DNA of 24,000 nucleotides from Eubacteriaceae bacterium ES2 (GTDB lineage: Bacteria > Bacillota > Clostridia > Eubacteriales > Eubacteriaceae). The DNA lies in NCBI GenBank assembly GCA_031222025.1, contig CP130740.1, positions 1,385,666-1,409,665 of the forward strand. Direction: 5' to 3'. Positions 8,196 to 16,651 of the stretch are shown in pieces (the first letter of the stretch is position 1; each line of letters opens with the position of its first letter). The translations under genes and the position numbers were made by a program. The notes beneath the pieces are model-generated. The model ran no database searches and was not told the origin of the DNA. It worked only from the letters and a program-made list of their open reading frames with translations.

Positions 8196-10172
8196 ATGAA
8201 AAAGAAAATTTTAGGACTAGTTGTTTTATTAGGTTGTATATTTTTATTAAGTTCCTGTAGTTTTACACAAACAAATTCAAATAGTCAATATGAACAAACT
8301 ATTGAAACTGCAAGAACGGCGGTTTGGCGATCCATTACCTCCGGCAATGTTTCCAGTGCCGGTGTTGCAATCATGAAGGACGGTCAGCTGGTTTACAGCG
8401 AAGGTTTTGGTATGGCTAACCGACTTTCATCACAGGCAGTTGATGGTCAGACGCAGTTTAATATTGGATCAGTGAGCAAAGTATTTACAACAGTTGCAGT
8501 GCTGCAGCTGGCTGAAGAAGGAGTCATTAATCTGGATGAGCCAGTTGTAACTTATCTTAGTGATTTTACAATGCTGGATGAGAGATACCAGATGATTACT
8601 GTTAAAATGCTTTTAAATCATACGTCAGGATTACCAGGCACATATATTCGTAATGGTTTTGCAACGGCTGAGGACCCGGAATTTTTATCACAATTTATGG
8701 ATTATCTGTCCCAGAGTACCCTTAAAAGTGATCCCGGTAGTATCAGCGTCTACTGCAATGACGGATTTACATTGGCGCAAGTTCTGATCGAACGAGTAAC
8801 TGGTCAGACCTATGCCGATTATTTGCAGGAGCATATTTTCGATGTGGCTCAAATGGATAATTCATCTTGCTCTTTTATGCCAGATAATCAAAACATTGCC
8901 CTAAATTATAAGGAAGATGGTTTGGCTAACCCGGTTGAAATTGTTAATTTAATGGGGACGGGTGGATTGTCATCGACTGCTGCAGATCTATGTAAATTTG
9001 GTCAGGCGCTTTTAAATAATGATCTGATAAATGAAGATTCGTTTCATCTGATGTCACAAGCTCAGTATGGCGAAAATACAGTGCCGGAAGGTATACCAAT
9101 TACAGATTATGGTTTGGGTTGGGATATGGTAGCGGTTTCTGATTTTGTCAATCAGGGTATTACAGTACACAGTAAAAATGGAGCGACATTTCAGTATTCT
9201 TCGCAATTTTATCTGATACCAGAACAAAGTCTTGTTCTGGCTGTTACTTATTCGGGAAATAAAGACGTTACCGCGGTGACAAATGAAATTACTGAAGCAA
9301 TTTTAGAAGAAACAGGTGCGATAAGTGCTCAAGCTGATGCTATAATCAGTGCCGCAACATCGTTTCCAGCAGAAATTTTGCAGTATTCAGGTATTTATGG
9401 TGGCGCCGGAACAATCTGGAGGATTCGTTTTGATCTGACGAATAATACCATGATTATTGATGATTATATTGAAGGCGAATTCGTTGAATCTCAGGAAATG
9501 GCTTACTTTGACGATGGTTATTTTCACAACGCTTCGGGTATGAGATATAGTTTTTCAAAAAGTGTAGATAAAAATCTGATTATAATGACTGTCCCGGATG
9601 TCGAAAGTCATCTGGTGGTTGGCGAAAGCCTTTTACCAGGAACGATTACTGATACTGGAAACTTTAATGATACCTGGTGGGTGCCGATAAATCTTAGCAG
9701 CTCTGATTTAAATGCAGAGGCCACTTATACAGATTCCTTTGACGAAATTCCTGGTTTGATAACCATTGATCAGGCTACTGCCTATGCTTTAACTGATAAT
9801 ATGACCAGCAGGATGATTCTTGAATATGCCAGAGATCTGGCAGATTTTAAAATAAGTCTTAAAGATGGTGTGGCGAGACTGACTTGCTTTGGCGTTCAAT
9901 ACAAAAATGCTTCGGCAATTGAAGTTTTGGCAAATTCTCAGGATTTTTTGATTGAAGCTGACGGGGGAAATGTACTAAGACGGACAAGTAACGATATGAA
10001 CCTTCAAATTTCAATGCCCGACAATGGACGAGTTGTAATTTATGCACCGGATTATTCAATCTTTTATGACAGTCTATTTGGAACTCAAGAATCAATTGAT
10101 GTGGAAGCTGGTTCGGTTCTGCTGCTCTCTGGCAACGCTGGGGATGCTTTTAGCGTAACGGTTCTTAATTAA
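8196..10172 (+). CDS. Lipoprotein serine hydrolase, beta-lactamase/transpeptidase-like fold, with uncharacterised C-terminal half
   Basis: AAGGAG (8185-8190) favours ATG 8196 over the GTG 8190 of the track. There is a signal peptide with the lipobox LLSSC. The S-x-x-K motif is present (GSVSKVF), as are Y-x-N (YCNDGF) and LLNHTSGLP. Residues ~370-660 have no motif I recognise. Confidence 0.8.
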   Translation: MKKKILGLVVLLGCIFLLSSCSFTQTNSNSQYEQTIETARTAVWRSITSGNVSSAGVAIMKDGQLVYSEGFGMANRLSSQAVDGQTQFNIGSVSKVFTTVAVLQLAEEGVINLDEPVVTYLSDFTMLDERYQMITVKMLLNHTSGLPGTYIRNGFATAEDPEFLSQFMDYLSQSTLKSDPGSISVYCNDGFTLAQVLIERVTGQTYADYLQEHIFDVAQMDNSSCSFMPDNQNIALNYKEDGLANPVEIVNLMGTGGLSSTAADLCKFGQALLNNDLINEDSFHLMSQAQYGENTVPEGIPITDYGLGWDMVAVSDFVNQGITVHSKNGATFQYSSQFYLIPEQSLVLAVTYSGNKDVTAVTNEITEAILEETGAISAQADAIISAATSFPAEILQYSGIYGGAGTIWRIRFDLTNNTMIIDDYIEGEFVESQEMAYFDDGYFHNASGMRYSFSKSVDKNLIIMTVPDVESHLVVGESLLPGTITDTGNFNDTWWVPINLSSSDLNAEATYTDSFDEIPGLITIDQATAYALTDNMTSRMILEYARDLADFKISLKDGVARLTCFGVQYKNASAIEVLANSQDFLIEADGGNVLRRTSNDMNLQISMPDNGRVVIYAPDYSIFYDSLFGTQESIDVEAGSVLLLSGNAGDAFSVTVLN

Positions 10173-10337
10173 GTATGCTGCAGCGATTTTTACAATTTAT
10201 CCTTTCACGAAAAAAAAACAAAAATATTAAGCAAGTAGACTGAAATTCAGCAGTATTTTAAATAATCGCGGATAATAATTTGTAAGAAATTGAGTTGAGA
10301 AGTGAAGAAGTAACTACAAATAAGGTGAAAACATTAA

Positions 10338-12851
10338 ATGAGTGAGACGATTAATAAAAGAATGATAAATCAGATGCCGATTGCCTATGCCTATCATCAT
10401 GTTCTTTTGAATGATAAAGGCGTACCGATTGATTATGAATTTCTTGAAGTGAACACTGCTTTTGAAAAATTCACAGGACTTAAGGCAAAGAATATTATTG
10501 GACGAAAAGCAACTGAAGTGATCGATGACATCGAAAATGATGATTTCGATTGGATTAGTGAATATGGAAAAATTGCCCTTGAAGGAGGCTTATATGAGAT
10601 TGAACAGTATTCAGGTGCATTTGACAAATGGTATCAAATTCAGGTTGTTTCCGATGAACGATTTTATTTTGCCACTTATTTTACAGACATCACTGAGTTT
10701 CACAGTCAGGTAAATGATTATAAAGTTTTATTAAATTCGCTTAACGATGCAGTTTTTGAGGTGAATGATCAACTGGTATTTGAAAAAGTCTTTGCGCCTG
10801 ACGAATCAATTTTGCTTTTTCCTAAAGAGTTGATTATTGGGAAAAGGATCAGTGATTTATTTGATGGCACCCTGCTGGAGGATTTTCTTGAGGTCTTTCA
10901 AAAGGCAAAAAAGACAAATGAAATGCAAAGCTATGAATATTCCCTTTTGATTGATAATCAAAAAAAATGGTATCAAATGAACGTACGAGCTCTTAAAATA
11001 AATCAATTGGAGAAATTTGTTATCAGCCTGATAGATATCACTGATAAAATACAAGCATTAGAGGAATTGACGCAAAAAACTAATGAATTGGAGCGGTTTT
11101 TTTCTATTAATTTGGATTTGCTCTGCATTGCCAATACCAAGGGTGAGTTTTTAAAAGTCAATAAAGCCTGGGAGGAAACTTTGGGCTATACTGCTGATGA
11201 ATTGGAAGGACGATCTTATTTCGATTTTGTTCATCCTGATGATTTAGAAGAGACGATTAAGGCGACAAATTTACTCGAAGATCAGAATATAATTGATAAC
11301 TTTGTTAACCGCTTTAGAATTTTCAATGGATCTTACAAGTACATAGAGTGGAAAAGCCGGGCGTATGAAGATGTTATCTATGCGGCGGCCAGAGATATAA
11401 CGGAAAAGAGCGAGATGGAAGAGCAACTGTTTCTGGAAAAGGAAAAATATCAATCGACCCTTTTTTCGATTGGCGATGGCGTTATTGCGGTTAATAATCT
11501 GCAGAAAATCACTTTAATGAACAAAGTGGCAGAAGAATTAACGGGCTGGAAACAGGATGATGCAATTCACCGACCTTTTAAAGAGGTTGTTCAATTGATT
11601 CACGAAAAGAATCGCACACCTGTTGATGATCCTGTCGAAAAAGTGCTGAAAACCGGAGCAACGGCAAAGATGGAAAATCATACAGTCCTAATCAGAAAAG
11701 ACCGGACTGAAATTGCCATTGAAGACAGTGCGGCACCAATTCATGACAGCAATCGAAATATTCGGGGAGCTGTGCTTGTTTTTCATGATGTTACCCAAAA
11801 GCGTAAATCTCAGAGTGAAATTCTTTATTTAAGCTATCATGATTTTTTGACGGGCTTATATAATCGGCGTTATTTTGAGGAAGAGGCAGAGCGTTTAGAT
11901 CATGCTGGCAATTTGCCTCTTTCAGTTCTAATGTTGGATGTTAATGGTCTTAAACTGACTAATGACGCTTTTGGTCATAGAACAGGTGATGCACTGCTTA
12001 AAAAAGTAGCGGAAATAATTAAGAAAAATGCTCGTATGGGTGACCTGATCGCTAGATTAGGTGGCGATGAATTTGCTGTGCTGTTACCAAAAACGAATAA
12101 GAAAGAAGCGATGATGATCGGCCAAAGAATTCTAAAATACACCGAATTAAATACAGTTGGTTCGGTTATTATTTCAGTAGCTATTGGACAAGCGACCAGA
12201 GTTGCAATGAATCAGAGTTTTGAAGAAACTGTCAAAATCGCAGAAAATATGATGTATAAAAACAAGGTTCAATCAAGTCGACTAATGAGAGATCAAACGA
12301 TTATTCTAATTCAGGAAACTTTAAATAAAAAAAGTGACATGGAACGAATTCACTCGCAGCGCGTGGGGAGAATTGCTAAATATTTAGGGGAAGCAATGAA
12401 TTTAACGATCGAACAAGTAAAAATGTTAGAGACTATCGGTTTACTTCATGATCTGGGTAAAATTATCGTACCAGAGGAGATATTAAAAAAAGAAGGAAAA
12501 CTCAGTGAAAAGGAATATAGTATCATGAAAAACCATGCGGAGACAGGTTATCAGATCTTAAAATCTGTTGAGGAGTATGTTCCGATAGCCGAAATAGTTT
12601 TGTCCCATCATGAATGGTGGGATGGAACAGGATATCCGAGAAACTTAAGCGGTCTCGATATTCCTTTCTTTTCGAGAATTATCCAGGTGGCAGATGCATA
12701 TGAGGCAATGACAGCTGACAGACCCTATCAGAAAGCCTTTAATAAGGACGAAGCTATCAAAGAACTTAAGGCTCTTTCAGGTATTCAGTTTGATCCTAAG
12801 ATTGTTGATATTTTGGTTGAAAAGGTATTGATAAAATCATTTGATGAATAA
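10338..12851 (+). CDS. Cytoplasmic multi-PAS sensor with GGDEF and HD-GYP domains
   Basis: 837 aa with no TM segment and about four PAS-like repeats. The GGDEF domain shows HDFLTGLYNRRYF and RLGGDEF, with RMGD as an RxxD I-site 5 residues upstream. The C-terminal HD-GYP domain shows HDLGK and HHEWWDGTGYP. Confidence 0.9.
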   Translation: MSETINKRMINQMPIAYAYHHVLLNDKGVPIDYEFLEVNTAFEKFTGLKAKNIIGRKATEVIDDIENDDFDWISEYGKIALEGGLYEIEQYSGAFDKWYQIQVVSDERFYFATYFTDITEFHSQVNDYKVLLNSLNDAVFEVNDQLVFEKVFAPDESILLFPKELIIGKRISDLFDGTLLEDFLEVFQKAKKTNEMQSYEYSLLIDNQKKWYQMNVRALKINQLEKFVISLIDITDKIQALEELTQKTNELERFFSINLDLLCIANTKGEFLKVNKAWEETLGYTADELEGRSYFDFVHPDDLEETIKATNLLEDQNIIDNFVNRFRIFNGSYKYIEWKSRAYEDVIYAAARDITEKSEMEEQLFLEKEKYQSTLFSIGDGVIAVNNLQKITLMNKVAEELTGWKQDDAIHRPFKEVVQLIHEKNRTPVDDPVEKVLKTGATAKMENHTVLIRKDRTEIAIEDSAAPIHDSNRNIRGAVLVFHDVTQKRKSQSEILYLSYHDFLTGLYNRRYFEEEAERLDHAGNLPLSVLMLDVNGLKLTNDAFGHRTGDALLKKVAEIIKKNARMGDLIARLGGDEFAVLLPKTNKKEAMMIGQRILKYTELNTVGSVIISVAIGQATRVAMNQSFEETVKIAENMMYKNKVQSSRLMRDQTIILIQETLNKKSDMERIHSQRVGRIAKYLGEAMNLTIEQVKMLETIGLLHDLGKIIVPEEILKKEGKLSEKEYSIMKNHAETGYQILKSVEEYVPIAEIVLSHHEWWDGTGYPRNLSGLDIPFFSRIIQVADAYEAMTADRPYQKAFNKDEAIKELKALSGIQFDPKIVDILVEKVLIKSFDE

Positions 12852-12871
12852 AAAATTGAGAAGGATAAAAG

Positions 12872-13429
12872 ATGAAAATTATTTGCTTCGGAGATAGTTT
12901 GACTTTTGGTCATGGTCTGGCATCAAAAGACAAATGGCACGCCATTGTCGCAAGAAAAACCGGTCTTGAAATGTTTAATCGCGGTGTAAGTGGAAACACA
13001 ACATCTGAAATGCTGGTGCGTTTTAATCGTCAAGTTCTTTTGATGAAACCGGATGCTGTGATTATTATGGGTGGGTATAATGATATTTTTTTTGAAGGAA
13101 GTTATCAATCAGCGCAAAAGAACATTGAACTCATGATTGATAAGGGAGAAAAAAAAGGAATCAAGGTGATTGTTGCGGTACCGCCACCGATTAAACCGCC
13201 AATTCCGTTTTTTGAAACGATTGATCAGGAAAATTTCAATGTAAGTATAGTAAATGATTACCTGGACTGGTTAAAAATGTTTGTAAAAAAACGGAATCTT
13301 CAATCAATTGACTTTACTTTTGGAATAGATTGGATGAGACAGGATCTTTATATCGATGGGGTACACCCAAATGTGATGGGAAATGAATTGATGGCTCAGA
13401 AAGTAATAGCGTTTTTTTCAAAAATATAA
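12872..13429 (+). CDS. SGNH/GDSL-family hydrolase (esterase/lipase-like)
   Basis: All four SGNH blocks are present: FGDSLTFG (Ser), GVSGNT (Gly), GGYNDI (Asn) and DGVHP (Asp-x-x-His). The gene starts 20 nt after the preceding stop with the RBS AAGGA, so it is probably co-transcribed with 10338-12851. Confidence 0.85.
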   Translation: MKIICFGDSLTFGHGLASKDKWHAIVARKTGLEMFNRGVSGNTTSEMLVRFNRQVLLMKPDAVIIMGGYNDIFFEGSYQSAQKNIELMIDKGEKKGIKVIVAVPPPIKPPIPFFETIDQENFNVSIVNDYLDWLKMFVKKRNLQSIDFTFGIDWMRQDLYIDGVHPNVMGNELMAQKVIAFFSKI

Positions 13430-13438
13430 AATTACAAG

Positions 13439-13465
13439 GTTGTGGGTGGAGTCCGCAACTTTTTT
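13439..13465 (+). terminator. Rho-independent terminator after the SGNH hydrolase gene
   Basis: gttgtgg (13439-13445) pairs with ccgcaac (13453-13459): 7 bp including one G:U, with a 7-nt loop. T6 follows at 13460-13465. Confidence 0.6.
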
Positions 13466-13536
13466 AATGGCAGTAACTGGGAGTATTATGGAAAATGATA
13501 TTAAAGTGATGAAAATATTTCGAGAGGAGAAACAAC

Positions 13537-14865
13537 TTGAACGAAAAGCCGTTAATAGGTTTACTGATTTTACAATTAATATTTATTTTGTTAAATGCGG
13601 TTTTTGCCGGAGCTGAAATTGCCGTCATTACTTTTAATGACAAGAAACTAAAAAAACTGGCTATTGGCGGTGATAAAAGAGCCATTAGGCTTCTAAGATT
13701 GATTGAAGAACCGGCCGGCTTTCTGGCCACTATTCAGGTAGGAATCACACTTGTAAATTTATTAAGCAGTGCGGTTGCCACAGATAACTTTTCGAACCGT
13801 TTGCAGGAATGGTTTTTAAGGATGGGTTTAAATATATCTGAACCAGTACTAAATGCATTATCAATGGTTGTGATCACCATACTGTTAACCTATTTTACAG
13901 TTTTGCTTGGAGAACTGGTTCCTAAACGTTTGGCGATGAAGAAAGCTGAATCGGTAGCCTTGGCTATGTCAGGATTGATTTATGTTGTTGCAAAAATTTT
14001 CAAACCGGCAGTTTGGCTTTTTACTGTTTCTACGGATGGTTTATTAAGATTACTGAGAATTGATATTAATAATGAAGAAGAGGAAAATGTTGAAGAAGAA
14101 ATTCGGATGATCTTAGATGCTGGAAAACAAAAAGGGATCATTGAACCAGATGAAGAAAGAATGATACAGCGGGTATTCGAATTCGATGATATTAAGATTG
14201 AGGAAATAATGACCCATCGTACTCAAATTATAATTTTATGGATGGATGAATCAGATGAAAAATGGGAGCAAAAGATCCTCGGGTCACGACATACCAATTT
14301 TCCAATATGTCAAGAATCTCATGATCAGGTCGAGGGGGTTCTTTTTACCAAAGATTATTTTAGAATGAAAGAGCGAAACAGAGAAAATGTTTTAATGAAA
14401 GCGGTCAAACCGGCAGTATTTGTACCTGAGACTATTCATGCAGATGTGGTATTCAGAAATATGCAGAAAAGTCGTAATCACTTTGCCATTGCAGTGGATG
14501 AGTATGGTGGCATGAGTGGCGTCATTACAATGAATGATCTGCTGGAACAATTAGTGGGCAGCCTTGATGACAGGCGTGTTTTTTCTGATGAATTGCCAAT
14601 GATTCAAAAAATTGACGAAAATACCTGGCGAATCCATGGGGCTTGTGATCTTGACGAAGTGGCGAATCAGCTGGCAATTACTTTTTCTGATGAACATTTC
14701 AATACCTTTGGCGGTTGGGTTTTTAATAGATTGGGTATTATTCCTGAAGATGGTAGTACTCCGGAAATTCAATATAACGGTTTTAACATTATGGTGACAA
14801 AATTGAAAGAACATCGACTCATCAGTGCAGTTGTTAACAGGATAGAAAATGAGCGACAGAAATAG
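13537..14865 (+). CDS. CNNM/HlyC-CorC family transporter (DUF21 TM domain + CBS pair + CorC_HlyC C-terminal domain)
   Basis: TTG start with the RBS GAGAGGAG upstream. The N-terminus is typical of DUF21 (LLNAVFAGAEIAVIT). Also present are MTHRT, a CBS region (AIAVDEYGGMSGVITMNDLLEQLVG) and a C-terminal transporter-associated domain. Confidence 0.85.
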   Translation: MNEKPLIGLLILQLIFILLNAVFAGAEIAVITFNDKKLKKLAIGGDKRAIRLLRLIEEPAGFLATIQVGITLVNLLSSAVATDNFSNRLQEWFLRMGLNISEPVLNALSMVVITILLTYFTVLLGELVPKRLAMKKAESVALAMSGLIYVVAKIFKPAVWLFTVSTDGLLRLLRIDINNEEEENVEEEIRMILDAGKQKGIIEPDEERMIQRVFEFDDIKIEEIMTHRTQIIILWMDESDEKWEQKILGSRHTNFPICQESHDQVEGVLFTKDYFRMKERNRENVLMKAVKPAVFVPETIHADVVFRNMQKSRNHFAIAVDEYGGMSGVITMNDLLEQLVGSLDDRRVFSDELPMIQKIDENTWRIHGACDLDEVANQLAITFSDEHFNTFGGWVFNRLGIIPEDGSTPEIQYNGFNIMVTKLKEHRLISAVVNRIENERQK

Positions 14866-15034
14866 ATGCTTAGATGTTGCTCACAACTAAGTCATATGTA
14901 ACAGAAAAAAATATAAAAATGAATATCCATTGTAATTAAGGGGATATTATTAAGAAATGAATTAATATAGTCTATTTTTAGTTCAAATGTAAATGTTGTA
15001 TTTCTGCGAATTTAATTTAAAAGGAGAAGAAACG

Positions 15035-15829
15035 ATGCCTCTGGAAGATGATAAGTTAAAAGCTCAGTTATTGGAACAAATACCTGTACCGGTCATGGCC
15101 GTTGATTGCAATCTGAAGATTATTTATATTAATGAAGCTGGTAAAAAAATGCTCAATAAGGGGCATGAGCAATTAATTGGATGCTCTTGTCATGAAATTG
15201 TTAATTCGGAACAGTGCGGGACACCAGAGTGTAATATGTTAAAGGTTCAAAAAACTGGTAAACAAATAACAGCTCGAAGCTTGATTATGGTTAATCATAT
15301 AAAAACACCAATTGAATATACAAGTGTACCATTTAAAAATGAAAAGGGTGAAATTATTGGAGGCCTGGAGTTTTTTATGGACATTACTGAACGTGTTAAT
15401 TATGAAAATCGTTTAAAAGAACAAAGTCACACAATTCGAGAGATGTCAACACCGACCATAAAATTGTGGGATGGTGTAATGGTTTTACCGGTTGTAGGTG
15501 TTATCGATTCAATGCGTGCCCAGCATATGATGGACAGTATACTCAATAAAATTGCCGAAACATATACGAAGGTTATTATTCTTGATATTCATGGAGTTGC
15601 TGCTGTGGACACGGCGGTGGCAAATCATTTAATAAAAATCACTAAGGCAACGAAACTGATGGGGTGCGAGTGCATTCTGTCAGGCATTTCACCTGCAGTA
15701 GCGCAAACAATTATTCAATTGGGAATAGATATGGGAACCATCCAAACAAAGGCAACCTTGAGCGATGCACTTAGTGAAGCGTTTATTATGCTTGATCTGG
15801 AAGTGTGTGCAATAAAGGATGGAAGATGA
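15035..15829 (+). CDS. rsbR: RsbR-like stressosome sensor: Cys-rich PAS domain + C-terminal STAS domain
   Basis: AAAGGAGAAG precedes ATG 15035; the track start at 14993 lacks an RBS. The N-terminal PAS carries C-x-C-H-x7-C-x4-C. The C-terminal STAS has the RsbR phosphoacceptor context DIHGVAAVDTAVANHLIK (compare B. subtilis RsbRA DITGVPVVDTMVAHH, recalled from memory). Confidence 0.8.
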   Translation: MPLEDDKLKAQLLEQIPVPVMAVDCNLKIIYINEAGKKMLNKGHEQLIGCSCHEIVNSEQCGTPECNMLKVQKTGKQITARSLIMVNHIKTPIEYTSVPFKNEKGEIIGGLEFFMDITERVNYENRLKEQSHTIREMSTPTIKLWDGVMVLPVVGVIDSMRAQHMMDSILNKIAETYTKVIILDIHGVAAVDTAVANHLIKITKATKLMGCECILSGISPAVAQTIIQLGIDMGTIQTKATLSDALSEAFIMLDLEVCAIKDGR

Positions 15830-16221
15830 AAGAAAGATACTTTTATAACCACCGTTTACATAAACGTTTAACAGAAGATCTGTCAGATTTTGTACTTGAA
15901 GAAATTAAAAAACAAATATTCGAAAAAGTGAATGGAGAGAATATAAAAGAATTGATATTTGATTTTGAAGATGTGAATGTCATGGACTCCTTTACATATA
16001 ATAGTTTAGATCGCATAACAAGTGAACTCAAATTAATGGGTGTTGAAGTGGTATGGGTTGGACTAAAGCCGTGCTTAATAGCAGGACTAATAGAATTGGA
16101 GGTTGAAATCAATCCATTGATTCATGTTGAGAAAAATTTAAATATGGGCAACCTTTATTTAGATCAAATTGGAAATGAGAGAAATAAGCATGCCAGATCC
16201 CAAAGAGGAAAATCCTCGTGA
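15826..16221 (+). CDS. rsbS: RsbS-like single-domain STAS protein (stressosome scaffold/antagonist)
   Basis: ATG 15826 overlaps the rsbR stop in an ATGA junction (15826-15829), with the RBS AAGGATGG. The protein is ~131 aa and STAS-only, with the conserved phosphorylatable Ser context DFEDVNVMDSFTYNSL. Confidence 0.75.
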   Translation: MKERYFYNHRLHKRLTEDLSDFVLEEIKKQIFEKVNGENIKELIFDFEDVNVMDSFTYNSLDRITSELKLMGVEVVWVGLKPCLIAGLIELEVEINPLIHVEKNLNMGNLYLDQIGNERNKHARSQRGKSS

Positions 16222-16651
16222 ACAATCGAATTATGAAATACTAGAGACGCGTAAACATATTCTTGAATGGAATTACGATCATGAGAATGTTGTTTACAGT
16301 GTCATTGAAATGGCTCGAAAAACCGGTTTCAATCAACAGCAAAGTGTGATGATTTCGACTGCGGCTTCGGAGTTATCAACGAATATATTAAGATATGCCA
16401 ATTCCGGTAAAATACAGATCAGTATCATTAGAGATAGTCATATACAACGTATGGGAATTAAAATAGTAGCGACAGACAGGGGACCGGGAATCAGTGATCT
16501 AAAAAAGGTAATGGAGGAAAATTACAGTACTTTTCCCGGAAGCCTTGGGTTAGGATTGCCCAGTGTTAAACACATAATGGATCAGTTTTGGATTGAATCA
16601 GAGCTAGGTGCTGGGACACGTGTAGAAATATTAAAATGGTTGGAAAAATGA
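16190..16651 (+). CDS. rsbT: RsbT-like GHKL serine/threonine kinase (anti-sigma regulatory factor family, HATPase_c_2)
   Basis: N-box ELSTNILRYA, G1 DRGPGI, G2 GSLGLGLPSV and C-terminal GAGTRVEILKW. The start is uncertain: TTG 16169, ATG 16175 and ATG 16190 are all in frame, and all overlap the 3' end of rsbS by 32-53 nt. Confidence 0.8.
   Translation: MPDPKEENPREQSNYEILETRKHILEWNYDHENVVYSVIEMARKTGFNQQQSVMISTAASELSTNILRYANSGKIQISIIRDSHIQRMGIKIVATDRGPGISDLKKVMEENYSTFPGSLGLGLPSVKHIMDQFWIESELGAGTRVEILKWLEK

Noticed and set aside
13467-13616. A 49-codon ORF (MAVTGSIMENDIKVMK...) in the gap before the CNNM transporter gene, overlapping its start in another frame.
   Set aside because: It has no RBS and overlaps the well-supported TTG start and DUF21 N-terminus of the transporter. 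It has no recognisable features.
14915-14950. SigB-type promoter (GTTTAA-N14-GGGTAT) upstream of the Rsb-like operon, suggested by ggggatatt at 14940-14948.
   Set aside because: No GTTT-like -35 element lies at the required spacing, and only the GGGAT half matches. I also could not identify a convincing sigma-A promoter in 14866-15034, so the operon promoter remains unassigned.
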